Assembly: GCA_963749495.1 (NCBI GenBank)
Contig: CAVVMW010000010.1
Coordinates: 384,001 to 448,000, forward strand
Direction: 5' to 3'
Length of the DNA: 64,000 nt
DNA from: an uncultured bacterium
GTDB lineage: Bacteria; Verrucomicrobiota; Verrucomicrobiia; Limisphaerales; UBA8199
Part shown: piece after piece, positions 20,601-31,979 of the stretch
Position numbering within the stretch: position 1 is the stretch's first letter
Layout of the letters: each line of letters begins with the position of its first letter
Notes under the pieces: generated by a model
Told to the model about the DNA's origin: nothing
Databases searched by the model: none
Seen by the model: only the letters and a program-made list of their open reading frames with translations
Made by a program: the position numbers and the translations under genes

Positions 20601-23600
20601 AGGCCGTCGGCCAGCCGCAGGTCGCGGGTCTTGACGGGGGTGTCCTCGAGCGCGACATCTTTCAGGACGGTTGCCAGCGGATCCACGGCCAGGATGCGCA
20701 ACTGGGGTTTGCCCTTGAGGTCGGCCCTGGGGATGCGAACGCGGCCCTCTTTGTCGGGCACGAGGTTGAGCAACACCACGGCGGGCTCTTTCAGGAAATC
20801 GAGCGAGGCGTATCCCTCGGGCGATTCGGCAGGCGCAGGGGAAGCCCCAGGCATCGGCGCGGCCGCCTGCGCCATTTCGGCCTGGGCGGGGGCATATTGC
20901 GTGGCGCCGGCGAGCACTTCCGCCTCGGTTTGCGTGTCGCGCAAGGCCCACGGGTTCAGGAGCAGCCCGGGACGATCGAGCATGTTGCCGGGGAACTTCC
21001 GGGCCGACTGGCGGTCCAGGATATAGCGGTACTCGTCGCCGATGTCCCGGCCGGACTCGTAAAACGTTCTGGAAGGCCGCCACACCTGCTCCTGGAGGGC
21101 TGCCGCGCCTGTGAAACCCAGCTTGGCGAACAGGTCGTAGGCCGGCAGGTAACGGGTCGCGAAGACGTGGACCCGCGTGAACGGCGTGGAATTCGCCAGC
21201 CGGATTTCCACGGCCTCCGCCCCGGGGTCCACGGCGCTAATCTGTAATGGCGCCAGGCGGGGGCGCTCCAGCGCCCGCCGCGCCGAGACAATGCAACCGT
21301 CCCGGTCCTCACCCTGCGTCACCGCGACCGCTATCTCCTGCGCCTGGGGCCTCAACCAGAGGGAGTAGTCGCCCGCAGGGAGGTCCCGCAGTTCCAGGAA
21401 GCCGCCCTCGATGGCGAGGGCCTCGTGCCAGTCCTTGACGAACTGGCCGCGCCGCACCTCCAGGAGCGAGATGGCCTTGAGCAGGCCGGGCCCCTCGGAC
21501 GCGAGCGGCACGCGCAACGTTTCGCCCGCGCGCCCGTGCAGCTCGGCCGCCCAGGCGCAGGCCCCGCGCGCCGTGGACCATTTCGCCTCGCGGCCGGCCG
21601 GTTCCTTCACGCGGAACCACTCGATGTCCTCGAGCCGCCCAGCCAGGCGCGGCCCTGGTCGTCGGTCTTGAGCGCCGCGTGGACCTCGTCGCGGAAGAGC
21701 CGGTGCTTGAAGGCGCAGGCGAGCGGTTCGCCCGGAAGGGGCTCGCCGTTCTTGCCGCGCAACTCGACGATATAGCCGGCGCCGGTCCGGCTGACGTGCA
21801 GGTCCTGGACCGCCTGGGTGCGGTCGATGCCGTTGAGGACGAAGGTCTCGCCGCCGGCCAGGTCCTGTTTTTTGTTCTGGCTGACGTTCTGGATGCGGGC
21901 CTTGAGTGTGACGGTGAGGGTGACGGTGTTGTCCGGGACGAGGATTTCGCAGACGGTCTCGGCGTCCTCGCGCAGGTCGAGGCCCGGGAATTCCTTTTCT
22001 GTCGAGATGCCCTGGAGGTCAGTGGTCTGGAGCACCAGGCGGGGCTCCTCGAGCAACTTGAGGCTGGTGGGCCGGCCGTTGACGCGCAGGACGGGCCGGA
22101 GCGCCACGCGCGCCTTTTCACGGCGGACGAGCGACTCGCGGTCCACGTAGATGCCTGCGTTCAACTGGTAATTCTCGGCCAGGTGGTCGAACCGGAGGAT
22201 CGAGGCGAAGCCGCCCTGCTGGACGATCAGGGTCCCGGACTGCGGCTGGGTGCTGAAAGGGACCAGGATGCGGCCGCCCTGGCCCGGCGTGAATTCACGC
22301 CCGCCCAGCCAGGCGCGAGCGTCCGGCAGGAGCGCGCCCGATTCGTCGAGCACGGTGAACGCGTGCCCGGCGGCGGTGATTTCCTGGAGCACGTTCAGGC
22401 GTCCCTTCTGCACCAGGGCGCGGCTGCTCTTGCCGTTGCCGATGAGTTCGACCACGTAGGCGCCGCGGTTCTTGAGTTCCGGGAACTCGAAGGCGCGGGC
22501 CACGCGGCGCTCGGGCGGCTCCTGGTACTGGACGCGGCGCTCGGAGGAGGCCACCAGCCCGTCAAGGTTGAGGGCCAGGTTCAACGGCTGGCCGGTCTCG
22601 CGATAATAATTGAAGGTGTTGATCTCATAGACCTTCACGATGAGCGAGGGCACGTTTTTGACCAAGGCGGTGAGCTTCACGGCGGCATCGGCGGCGGCCA
22701 CCTCGGGATTGTCGGGCGCGAAGTCGATGTCAACCCGCTCCTTGAGCCGCCGGTACTCGTCGGGCGAAAGGAGCGGGGCCCACTGCTGGAGGTCGCCGAT
22801 GCCGTTGACGATCTTCGTCTCGGCGAAGATGCGCTTGAGGAAGTCGTCGCGCAGCCAGGGGCGATACTCGTCGTAGTCCGGCGCCTCGCGCAGGAAACCC
22901 AAAAGGAAGGCCCGCACGAGCGGTTCCTCGTCGAGGATGGGCCGGAGCGAGATCAGCCCGAAGTCCTTGTCGAGTTGCGCCATGTAATCGCCGCGGGGAA
23001 GCTGCTGGCGGATTTCATCGCGCAGGTAGGGCACATTGCGCGGCAGCTTCACGTACTGGAGGAAACGCTCGCGGCTGTACACGCCGCGCTTCTGGTCGGC
23101 GCGCAGCCGGTGATACAGGACGTGGGCCTTGAGCGAGTTGTGAACGGGGTCGAGCGTCTGGACGAACGCCCAGACCCGCTCCAGGTAGGCCTCGAGCGAG
23201 GCGGGGTCGGTCTCGATGTCCACCTCGTTCTCGGGGGCCAGTTTGGCCAGGTAAAGGGTGACGAAGTCGGTTTGGTTGCGCAGGCGCGGCTCTTTGCGCA
23301 GCAACTCGTCCATTTGCGAGAGCGTCAGGCGCTTGTGGATGTCGAGGCTGCCGAAACCGCGGCTCTCGCGGTACTGCAGGTCGGCCAGGACCAGGTCCAC
23401 CAGGCCCGGGTAGTCCGGCCGCTGCAGGCGGGAGAGCAGATTGTGGCGCTGGTCGTCGGTGATCGATTGGCCGGCCGCCAGCTCCAGGCCGGCATTTTCG
23501 ATGCGTTCGAGGCTGGCCCGGTCGACGGCCAGGGCCCGTTTCAGGAGCGTGTCGGGGCCGATCAGGGCGTTGTCGAACCTGGTGGGAGCATCGCTGTGGC

Positions 23601-24270
23601 GCTCCCCGGTCTTGCGGGCATGGTCGAAGCGCAGGTCCAACTGCTCGCGCAGGTACTGGAGGGTCTTTTGCGGGTCTTGCTCGTAGTCGAGCAGGGCCTG
23701 GCGGTTGAGGAGTTCGCGCGCGCCGTCGGTCACCCGGCCGTTGCGCTCGCGCACCCAGCGCTCGATGACCTCGTGGAACCGCTCGCGCTGGCCCGTGTTC
23801 TGGGCCTGCAAGGCGTGATAGTAGAAGTAGTCGTCCGTGCCCGGGACCAGCTCCTTGAGCGCGGCCTCCCGGTCCGGAGCCAGGCTGAAGCTCTCGATGT
23901 AGCCGATCTCCTGGCCGAGCGCAGTCCCTGCCACCAGGGCGGCGAGGCACACGAACACGCGCGCCACAGGACATGGCGCCTGGCGTCGGGCGCAATCGGA
24001 CACTCCCCCCGGAGTGCGCCCGTCCCCGGGCGCAGCAACGGAGGAGCGGGCGGGCGCGCCAGAGTTTTTGGCCGCTGCCCTAGCTCCCGGCGTCGCTGCG
24101 CCCGAGGACGGGCGCACTCCGGCCCGGCCACCGGCGGTGGGGGCAGTGTCCGATTGCGCCCCCTGGCGTCGGCGCCACGATGACGTGCTTGTGAGCCTGT
24201 CGATTCCGGGCCTGCAGAATCGGGGATGCCGCAGGTGTGCGCCCTGCAGCCTTAAGAGTGTCGTTTTCAT
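17624..24270 (-). CDS. Giant (~2200-aa) secreted protein of unknown function, possibly macroglobulin-like (frameshift at ~21645)
   Basis: ORFs 21607..24357 and 17624..21610 join at TDDQGRAWLG/RLEDIEWFRVKEP. Hydrophobic signal FVCLAALVAGTALG; C-terminal KDGYTDLRGRFDYASL. Family assignment is inference. Confidence 0.75.
23988..24161. mobile_element. 174-bp MITE (family C) with 17-bp TIR, 9-bp TSD and REP cargo
   Basis: TIR gggcgcaatcggacact/agtgtccgattgcgccc; TSD cctggcgtc at 23979-23987 and 24162-24170. Confidence 0.85.
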
Positions 24271-24384
24271 ATTCAGTGATGCGTCGTCCCGTTCCTTTTC
24301 GTGCCGGCGGCGGCCCGACGCGCGATGAGCTTCCGATGATATGACACCGGAGCGCAAGATTTCTTAGTGGTGGTTGGTTCGGAC

Positions 24385-24479
24385 GGGCGCATCCCGACAC
24401 CGCCCCCACCGGCAGTCGCAAGGTGGGAGGTGCGCCCGTCGTTCGGGCGTACTCCGGAGGGCAGTGTCGGGAAGGGCCC
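24385..24479. mobile_element. Degenerate family-C MITE
   Basis: gggcgcatcccgacaccgccc...gggcagtgtcgggaagggccc; no TSD recognised. Confidence 0.55.
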
Positions 24480-24672
24480 CAGGGCCGAAGGCCCGTCATG
24501 TGATAGCCCGGGCTGGAGCAGATCGGAGGCCCGGGTAAGCCAGCGCCCCTCGAAAAGCCCTCGCCAGTAAGGCCGGGACCTTATGGCGCCCTTGGCAGGG
24601 CGCGCCAGATTCTGGCCCGATGACCTGGGCCTCCGCTCGCAAACTCGCTCCAGCCCAGGCTGTCACATTTCG

Positions 24673-24824
24673 GGTGACTGTTCAGGTGTGGGGCAGACCT
24701 CTGGTCTGCCGGTTCACGGAGCCTCCGGCTCCGTGTCCCTTGCAGTGGCGAGGCACGGGGCCAGAGGCCCCTGCAACCGGCAGACCGGAGGTCTGCCCCA
24801 CGCGCCGCCACCTGAACAGCTACC
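24673..24824. mobile_element. 152-bp MITE (family B) with 6-bp TSD and REP cargo
   Basis: TIR ggtgactgttcaggtg/cacctgaacagctacc; TSD atttcg at 24667-24672 and 24825-24830; core gtggggcagacctctggtctgcc...ggcagaccggaggtctgccccac. Confidence 0.88.
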
Positions 24825-25476
24825 ATTTCGGGCTCGAGGGCGGGCCCACTCCGGGCAGGGGTGGTTCAAGGTTGACGGGGCGGCCGGGGCGGGTCTGCGG
24901 CGCAGGGGTATGGACCTGCTACAGTGCTACAAGGCCCATGGAACCGGGGGATTTTTGACGTCAGACCCGCAACACCACCTGCAACAAGGCGCTACGGGGC
25001 CGGTAAAATCGGGGGATTTTTGCGGGCACGGTTTTTGTTTGACACGGCGGAAGTCGACACCGGCTCGGTAAAATCGGCCTTCGGATAGAGGAGGTGCTGA
25101 GCCGGGGTACGTGAAAGAGGATTTCGCGGAGGCGTTTCGGCGGCATATCCCGGCCTTGGAGGCGGAAGCGCTAAAGCCCAAGGGGGGAAGAGACCAAGGT
25201 CCGGCCGAAGTGGCCAGGGTGAACCCTGCGCCGACCGCAGCGGCGGAAAACTCTGGAAAGACTCTGTTCTGGCCCCGTCCAGCCGCTGGCTTCAGTCAAG
25301 CCCAACATTGTCATTTTTTGAGGACTGACCCCGCCACCGCCACAGGCAACATCGCTTTCTAAAGCATCGTCAAACTCAGGAATGGAAGGCGTTCAACAGG
25401 TTTCTCCATTGCGGACGTTCATGCGGTTGGCAGTCAGCTACATGGACGGAGCAAACTGACCTCTTTCGAGGAGGTT

Positions 25477-25842
25477 GTGGCCAGCGATGACCTGCGTGAA
25501 CCACTCCTGCTGCATGATGTGCTGAGCGATAGGCACCAGGAAGACCCCAGCACCACGGCTGCAAGAAGGATGGACTGGTCTGCGTTTATGGCCAGTCCTT
25601 CGAAGCGTGAGCAGTCCATAATCACCTGCCTAATGGAAGGCAAACCCCTCAGCAGCCTGGCACGCAGATGCCACTTGAACACCTCGACGATGACGTATCA
25701 TAAGGAGCGACTGGCCCAAGCCATAGCCCCGTTTATGGGAACGGATATACTCATCGAAATAGGTCGTAAACCTCGCTGGAAGGACAGCGTCAATGCCGCT
25801 CGTGAAAAGATGGCCTGTCGTGATGAGCGCCGCACCCTGTAA
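25477..25842 (+). pseudogene. C-terminal fragment of a sigma-factor-like HTH protein
   Basis: SKREQSIITCLMEGKPLSSLARRCHLNTSTMTYHKERL resembles sigma region 4; N-terminus missing. Confidence 0.5.
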
Positions 25843-25849
25843 CCAACAC

Positions 25850-25926
25850 CTCACCCTCTGGCACTTGCTGCTCGGGTCCTGCCTTATTGATGGGTAGGGC
25901 TAGAGCAACAAGTGTCAGAGGGTGAG
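25850..25926 (+). terminator. Long hairpin just after the ORF stop
   Basis: ctcaccctctggcacttgctgctc ... gagcaacaagtgtcagagggtgag; no poly-U tail. Confidence 0.45.
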
Positions 25927-26071
25927 ACACTATGGCGGTTAGCTCTTAGCTGTTAGCTATCAGCCATTGGTTGGATGATGTGCCGTCATCTGTAATCAAT
26001 CCGCTGGCTCTACATTGGCTCCTGTGGCTCTCTATGGAGGGCTATGGGGGCTGGTGTGGAGGCTATGGGAA

Positions 26072-26590
26072 TCAGAGTGTGTGGCTGTTTACTTTAGCTA
26101 TGAGCGGTGAGGTTGATGACGTGCTGCTGGTTATTGATGCTGCCTTCCAGTCCCGTGGGTCTTGCTCAAAGTTTGTTTTAACGAGATAGCGAAGTTCTTT
26201 GAAATCATCGGGTGAGCGTTTGCTGATGTCAGTCCACGCTTGGGAAAACGCTTTCCGCTTAAAGTTGGCGCGCATACCGTCGCGCCAAAAGGTCCAAGTG
26301 CGTCGGCTGACTCGACCAATATGACGGAGAAAGACTTGCTCGTTGGAAAGGTCAAAGTAGCTATACAATCCATCAAACGCCTTGCGGCATTCTTCCTCTG
26401 ACAATGAGCCATCATCGAGAAATGCTTTGGTCGGCAACTCGGATGCCAAGTGGCGATATTCGCGCGCAAGCGAGTCCTCGAAAGCCGTCACTGCCTGCCT
26501 GTGAGTGGTCCAAAGCTGCCACGCGGCCACGCCGACGCCGCAAGAGGTAGCACCTGCAGCAAGAGTATTGAGAATAGGTAGAATATTCAT
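26072..26590 (-). CDS. Hypothetical protein with N-terminal TM helix
   Basis: 172-aa ORF in a low-GC segment; hydrophobic N-terminus followed by YFDLSNEQVFL. Confidence 0.65.
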   Translation of the reverse strand: MNILPILNTLAAGATSCGVGVAAWQLWTTHRQAVTAFEDSLAREYRHLASELPTKAFLDDGSLSEEECRKAFDGLYSYFDLSNEQVFLRHIGRVSRRTWTFWRDGMRANFKRKAFSQAWTDISKRSPDDFKELRYLVKTNFEQDPRDWKAASITSSTSSTSPLIAKVNSHTL

Positions 26591-26706
26591 TGTCGCCTGG
26601 GCTTACAGATAGCTAATCTTATAGAAAGGTGTTTTTAAGGGGCCGTTCCTTCATTGCTGTTCTTTATGTAGTTATCTAATTGGATACCTACCGCACTTGG
26701 GTATGC

Positions 26707-27879
26707 TTATGGAGAAACTTGTAGCCGGAAGAAGAGTTGCCCCCAATTGTCCACGTCAAAATACTGTGGATAATCCATGACGGTGTTGGTCGGAGTAAAG
26801 GGTGAGGCATGATTGGTCCAAGTGTTGAGGTCTGTGGAGACCTGCAGCTGGTAGTTAGTGCCAAGGAACAGATTGGAAAACGACGGCTTGACTGCCTTGA
26901 TTAAGCTAGCTTTTGGCTGCGGCCCTTGCGGCGGCTGCAACGGCGGGACCACAATGATGGATGTGGGGGCACCTTGAAACTCTGAAATGAGCGACGCATT
27001 TACTACCTGTCCAGAGGTTGTGTATTGAGCGACTGTTCCACCAGACCCGCTATACCCTCCGAGCAGAAACAGACTTCCGTTGCCATCTAACGCCATGTCA
27101 GCGACTGCGTTGGTCGGTCCCGAAATGAGCGAGGCATTAACCAGCTCTCCTGATGTTGTGTATTTAGCGATTGTGAAGTTCGTATAGGCCAAGGTGGTCG
27201 CCACGTAAAGATACCCGTTTCCATCAACGGCCAAAGCGGTAGCAAAAGTCGGCCCAGAAGAGGTAACGAGCGAGAAATACAAGGTAGCTCCCGAAGTCGC
27301 GTATTCGGTTATACCGCCGTACTCATTAACCGTGAATAAGTGTCCGTTCCCATCCGACTTAAGGTCATAGCCCACTCCTGAACCGCCGTCTCCCGAAATG
27401 AGCTTGGCGTTCACTGGAGCTCCAGAGGTCGTGTATTCGCCGATTACCGCGCTGCCCTCGAAAGGCGAATACGCCACAAAAAGGTACTCATCATCTACGG
27501 CCACGCTCGAAGCGCCGTTCAGCGACGAAATGAGCGATGTATTCACCGGAGCTCCAGAGGTCATGTATTCGCCTATGCCGTCTGCATTCCTCACTAGTAA
27601 GTGGCCGTTGCCATCGTATGCAAGGCCCCCACCGCTCAGGCCAGGCGTCGCGTGACTCACTGAACACTGTATCAATGAAGCATTGACGGTTTCTCCTGAT
27701 GTCGTGTATTCACCAATCACGTTCGTTTGACCAGGCGTGGAAAGCACAAAAATCTGCCCATGCGCCGTCGAGGTGAACGCTTCGGTGGCGAACAGCCCCA
27801 AGGTAATAGCCAGAACTCCGAATACTGCGTTAGTTGTTTTCATATACATTTCCATTCCGTCGAGAAGGAGCATGTCCAT
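26707..27879 (-). CDS. Secreted beta-propeller-like repeat protein with C-terminal FFRL domain
   Basis: Signal peptide, six GEYTTSGxxVNASLIS repeats, tail TNYQLQVSTDLNTW...FFRLQVSP. Confidence 0.8.
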   Translation of the reverse strand: MDMLLLDGMEMYMKTTNAVFGVLAITLGLFATEAFTSTAHGQIFVLSTPGQTNVIGEYTTSGETVNASLIQCSVSHATPGLSGGGLAYDGNGHLLVRNADGIGEYMTSGAPVNTSLISSLNGASSVAVDDEYLFVAYSPFEGSAVIGEYTTSGAPVNAKLISGDGGSGVGYDLKSDGNGHLFTVNEYGGITEYATSGATLYFSLVTSSGPTFATALAVDGNGYLYVATTLAYTNFTIAKYTTSGELVNASLISGPTNAVADMALDGNGSLFLLGGYSGSGGTVAQYTTSGQVVNASLISEFQGAPTSIIVVPPLQPPQGPQPKASLIKAVKPSFSNLFLGTNYQLQVSTDLNTWTNHASPFTPTNTVMDYPQYFDVDNWGQLFFRLQVSP

Positions 27880-27924
27880 ATGGCCTTTAACTATGAGCAG
27901 TTGGTTCGCGGGAGTGTTGCCCCT

Positions 27925-28149
27925 CTAAACATCACCTTCAGCCACTACATCAGCTCCTGTGGTTCTCTTAGGAGGGCTACGGGGGTATTCGGGTAGCAGC
28001 ATGGCGGCGAGAATGACGATGACGGAGATGACCACCAGCAGTTCGATTAGGGTAAATGCCGGATTGCCGTTGGACCTCCCGCCAGGTCCAAAGGTGTTCA
28101 CCGGCTCCAGTTTCGGGTTAGGCCATTTCATAAAGTCCTGTGTCAGCAC
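27925..28149 (-). pseudogene. Prepilin-type N-terminal methylation domain fragment
   Basis: AFTLIELLVVISVIVILAAMLLP, then similarity is lost. Confidence 0.7.
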
Positions 28150-28619
28150 GATTCAACGCCTCACGGGCCACGGAGTCAAGACGAATCAGCCCGCACCAAC
28201 TCCATCAACTCCCGGTCCATGAGCCCCGCCCTTCGCTCCCCATTGGCTCTCCAGCGCCTTTCCTGCCCTCTGCTGCCCTCTGCTCTTGCCTTGGAGGTCG
28301 TCTTGGCCAGCACGAGGTCAGAGGGCCAGGTGGATGCAGCGGCCGAGGTCAGTGCTCATTGCGAGGATGGAGCCAGCGGCGGGTTCCTCGTTTTAATGGC
28401 CTGGTCCTGGAGCGTGAACGGGCTCAGCAGGGCTTCTGGCGGCTGGGAGGCAGGAAGGGAGAGCCGGTAGATTGACGAGGGCAGGCAGGGGGCCAGGCGG
28501 CGGCGCAGGCGGTGGTGGTGGAGAGGATGAAGCGGACGGCGGGCCAGGGGGAAGGTCCTGAGAATCCTCGAAATGCCAAAAGCCCCTTATTTTATCCGGT
28601 CTGTGAATGGTAAACTTTT

Positions 28620-28805
28620 ATGTGGGCCTATGTCGCGCTGACCGGCTGGCCTGCGTCGGCGATTCGCGCGGCGGTGATGCTGACGGTGGTGCTGGCGGGC
28701 TGGGTGCTGAAGCGGCCGAGTGATTTGCTCAATTCGCTGCACGCCGCCGCGTGGCTCATCCAGGCCTGGGAACCGGAGCAGCTCTTCCAGGCGGGCTTTC
28801 AGCCC
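28620..28805 (+). pseudogene. comEC: Internal fragment of ComEC/Rec2 competence domain
   Basis: YVALTGWPASAIRAAVM...DLLNSL...WEPEQLFQAGFQ matches the ComEC G..PS..RA..M and GFQLS motifs. Confidence 0.75.
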
Positions 28806-28875
28806 CAGGGTGGGCGCAGCTCGGGGGCGGCGTCGGGATACGCCCGATGGCCTGGCGCGGCGCAGGAGCTGCGGG

Positions 28876-29218
28876 CTAATTCCGCCGGTTGTCCCGGGCC
28901 AGTTCTTCGGGGGTCACGGCCAGGTCCAGCTTTTCGGTGTGGCGGATTACGGTGAGCCGCGATGGGATGCCGATCACCCTGGCGACGAGGTGCCGGTGCA
29001 GTTCGTCGATGCTAGAGACCGGCTTGCCCTCAAAGGCAACGATAACGTCGCCCTCGCGCAGACCGGCCCGGCTGGCGGGACTGCCGTCTTCGGTGACCGC
29101 CAGGTCGGTCTCGGGGTCTTCGCCGACCAGGCTCGCGCCGAACAGGCGGCCAGCGGCCAGCGTGACCTGCGTCCTGGCCGCGTCATGAACCACGTGGCTG
29201 TTGGTCAGGATGAACCCG
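28876..29218 (-). pseudogene. HtrA/DegP-like protease remnant (His and Asp motifs joined directly to PDZ)
   Basis: GFILTNSHVV...DPETDLAV immediately followed by GSPASRAGLREGDVIV; GNSGG segment absent. Confidence 0.75.
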
Positions 29219-29319
29219 GCGGGCAGTCATTTGGGGCGGGTCGTCTTGTCCTGGAGCCAGGCGACATCCGGGCTGCGGGGGCAGGGGATGGCCGGTTCGA
29301 TCACCATGTGACAATCTAA

Positions 29320-29646
29320 GTACTCGTGCAAAAATTAATTCCGGTTTTTTTGCCCGCAGGGCTTATCCCGACACCGCCCCCACCGCAGGGGGCGGGACCG
29401 GAGTGCGCCCGTCCTCGGGCGCAGCGACGTCCGGAGCCAGGCCAGCGGTCAAACACTCCAGCGCGCCTGCCCGTTCCGTCGCTGCTGCGCCCGAGGACGG
29501 GCGCACTCCGGACGCTTCGCGACCTCGGCGGAGCGTCCGTGCCTCGCGAAGCGTCTGGAGTGCGGCGCATACCGCCGCTCTCGTGTCGCCCGCTTCAAAA
29601 TGTTGGAATTGCGCCCGAATCTCGGTCGTTATTCTTGCACAGGCCC
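29320..29646. mobile_element. Nested MITE: family-A shell (TAA TSD) containing a family-C element with REP palindromes
   Basis: taa|gtactcgtgcaaaaat...attcttgcacaggccc|taa; inner gggcttatcccgacac (29359)...tgttggaattgcgccc (29616); cargo matches 24011-24120. Confidence 0.65.
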
Positions 29647-29702
29647 TAAGCGCTCCCGCCCGAGAATCCTGGCAGGCCGCGAGCAAACTGGACCACCGCC
29701 GC

Positions 29703-31134
29703 CTACGCCACGCCGCCTTCCTCAATCACCTTGAAGCCCATGAGATCACCCAGGCTCCGCATCGGTTCCATGAAGTCGCCGTAGAAGACGACTCGGTGGA
29801 GCATCGCCATAACACCGGCATGGATTACACCTTCGCCGTAGTGAAGGAACAGCCGCTTGGCATTGGGCACGCTCTGGGCAAACTGGGTGCGGCAGGCCAT
29901 CGGGTTGGTGGTGGTTTCGAGGATTTTTCCCGGAGTAATGAGCAGCGTATCCAGATTCACCAATTTGGCGCAGGTCACTGCTTGCCCAACCCGATGCTCG
30001 ACCTGGAGGGACACCCCGGCTTTGCTGTCGCATTGGCTGCGGATGGTGAAGGGCAGGCGTGAGCCCGTCGGCCCGTCCATCTTCGTCACCGAGGTGCAGT
30101 GAAAATGCAGCAACGCATTCTTGGCGGTATCAACCACCGGGTCCGAGATGAAGCCCGGCACCCGGAACGCATAGGCAAAGAGCAGCATCGTGAGCGTCGA
30201 GTCCATGTCGCCCTCGCACGCCCCCACGAACCCGAGGTCGTTCAGTTTGCTGAACGTCAAGCAAGCGCGCGGATCCCCCATGCAATGGCAACTGGTAATG
30301 GCTTGGGCCTTCTCCCGAATCATCAGTTGCTTCACCGCCAGAAACAACTTGGCCGCCTCAATGATCCTTTCCCGGGTCGGCTCAACTATTTTCCTGGCCT
30401 TACTCAGCCAGGTACCTGCTCCGCCTCAACCTCCGCGGCGGCGGGGTCGATGCCCCTCCACATCTCCTTTACCTGGGCGTCGGTGACGTTAACCAACTCC
30501 GCGCCAAACGCATCCTTGATCACTTCGCCCGAGCAGGCGGCATTGGTGCCCTGCGGGGGCCCCAGGCAATGATGCGCGTCTGCTTGAGCCAGGCCGGCAC
30601 CCGCACCAGCGCCACCGCTCGATCGATCTCGCTCCAATCGCTGCTGGGCAGCAGCAGCAGTTTCCTGCCCCGCTTGCGCAATTCCGGGAAAAACATCCAA
30701 TCATGCCCGCTATAGGGTTCTGAGAATAAGACCGTCGGCAGTCCCACATCCGCGATCTTGCCCAAGACCGACGGGTCGCTGCCCGACATGTGGATGATCA
30801 GCACCGCATCGGCCGCCGCCTTCACTTTCTCTGCCAATTGGCCCGCGTCTGCTGGCGGAATCGTGTCTCCGCCCACGAATTGCACGTCACCGAGCTTTTT
30901 CTCCAACTCGCTGAGATATTGGTTGAACTTGGCCAGTTCCTCGGTGGGGCGGCTGAGGTAGAAATCCCCCGTTCGCCCGGCGAAAATCTTGTAAATCTTG
31001 ACCGGCGGCGGCTTGGCCAACTGGCCCGTGTCCGATGCCAAAAGCCGCGTGCCGAACAGCCCGGAGGCGAACAGGGCGCCGCCGGCGGCCGTGGTGCCCA
31101 GGAACTCTCGTCGATTGATCAAGTTATGCTTCAT
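29703..31134 (-). CDS. Tat-signal protein, L-fucose/L-arabinose isomerase-like family (two frameshifts)
   Basis: NRREFLG twin-Arg signal; C-terminal ACEGDMDSTLTM, FHCT and CRTQ motifs; split over three ORFs at ~30555 and ~30410. Confidence 0.7.
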
Positions 31135-31541
31135 AGTGCTTCGGAGGTTTGCAGTGGTTTCAGGTTTGGGCGCGCTTGCTCGAATCGGTCCGGGGGCAGT
31201 TTTTCACGGCTAGGAATTGGCTTTCTTTGCCGCGCCGCCGATTTTGGACGCTTCGCGCGCCGGTGGTTGACGCTTCGCGGGTGAGGAAGAATTGATTTTC
31301 ACGCGCAGTCACGATGGCCGCAGGCTATGCGGCCGGGGGGCGGGCTTCAAGCAAAAACTTTTCCCGGCTTTTTCCCGGCCCGATGTCCGGGCCGCAAACC
31401 GGGACCGCCTCCACAAATTGGCCAGGTCGCCCCTCGGGCTCCCGGCTTCGCTTTGGAGTGAGTTCTGAAGTCCTCCCGTTGATGCCTGGTGCCGGGGAGT
31501 GATCTTCACTCCACGTCCGTGGGATGCACTACACAGGGACG

Positions 31542-31584
31542 GCCCCTCACCCCGGCCCTCTCCCCATCGGATGGGGAGAGGGAG
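31542..31584. repeat. REP-like palindrome
   Basis: cccctcaccccggccctctccccatcggatggggagagggag. Confidence 0.7.
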
Positions 31585-31979
31585 CATGGTTGGTCGCCAA
31601 GCAGTGTAGGGCAACCTGACGACTGGCTAATAGATTCGATCGCCTACTCTGTTCTCGCGGGGAATTATCAAAGAGCGAAGGCCGTGTCGAGCAGAATCAT
31701 TTCGCTGGGTTGGCACTTTTCGTACCACTCATGCCAATAGACGCTCCCTCGCAATCCAGAAGGCCCAAGCCGACACTCGTCAGCCTATTCACCATGGACC
31801 AGAATCCCTATTTGCCAATTCCGCAGGCCCTCAACAACGGAGGCCTTACAAAGTCCAATCCCTCCAACGGGCTGTCCAAGCACATGTCCATCAGCTCCAG
31901 TAAACCAACTCGCTCTTTCACGCTCCGATGTTGAATGTTCCGACGCGAACCCTGTCTATGTGATGCTGTCCAGCGAACT

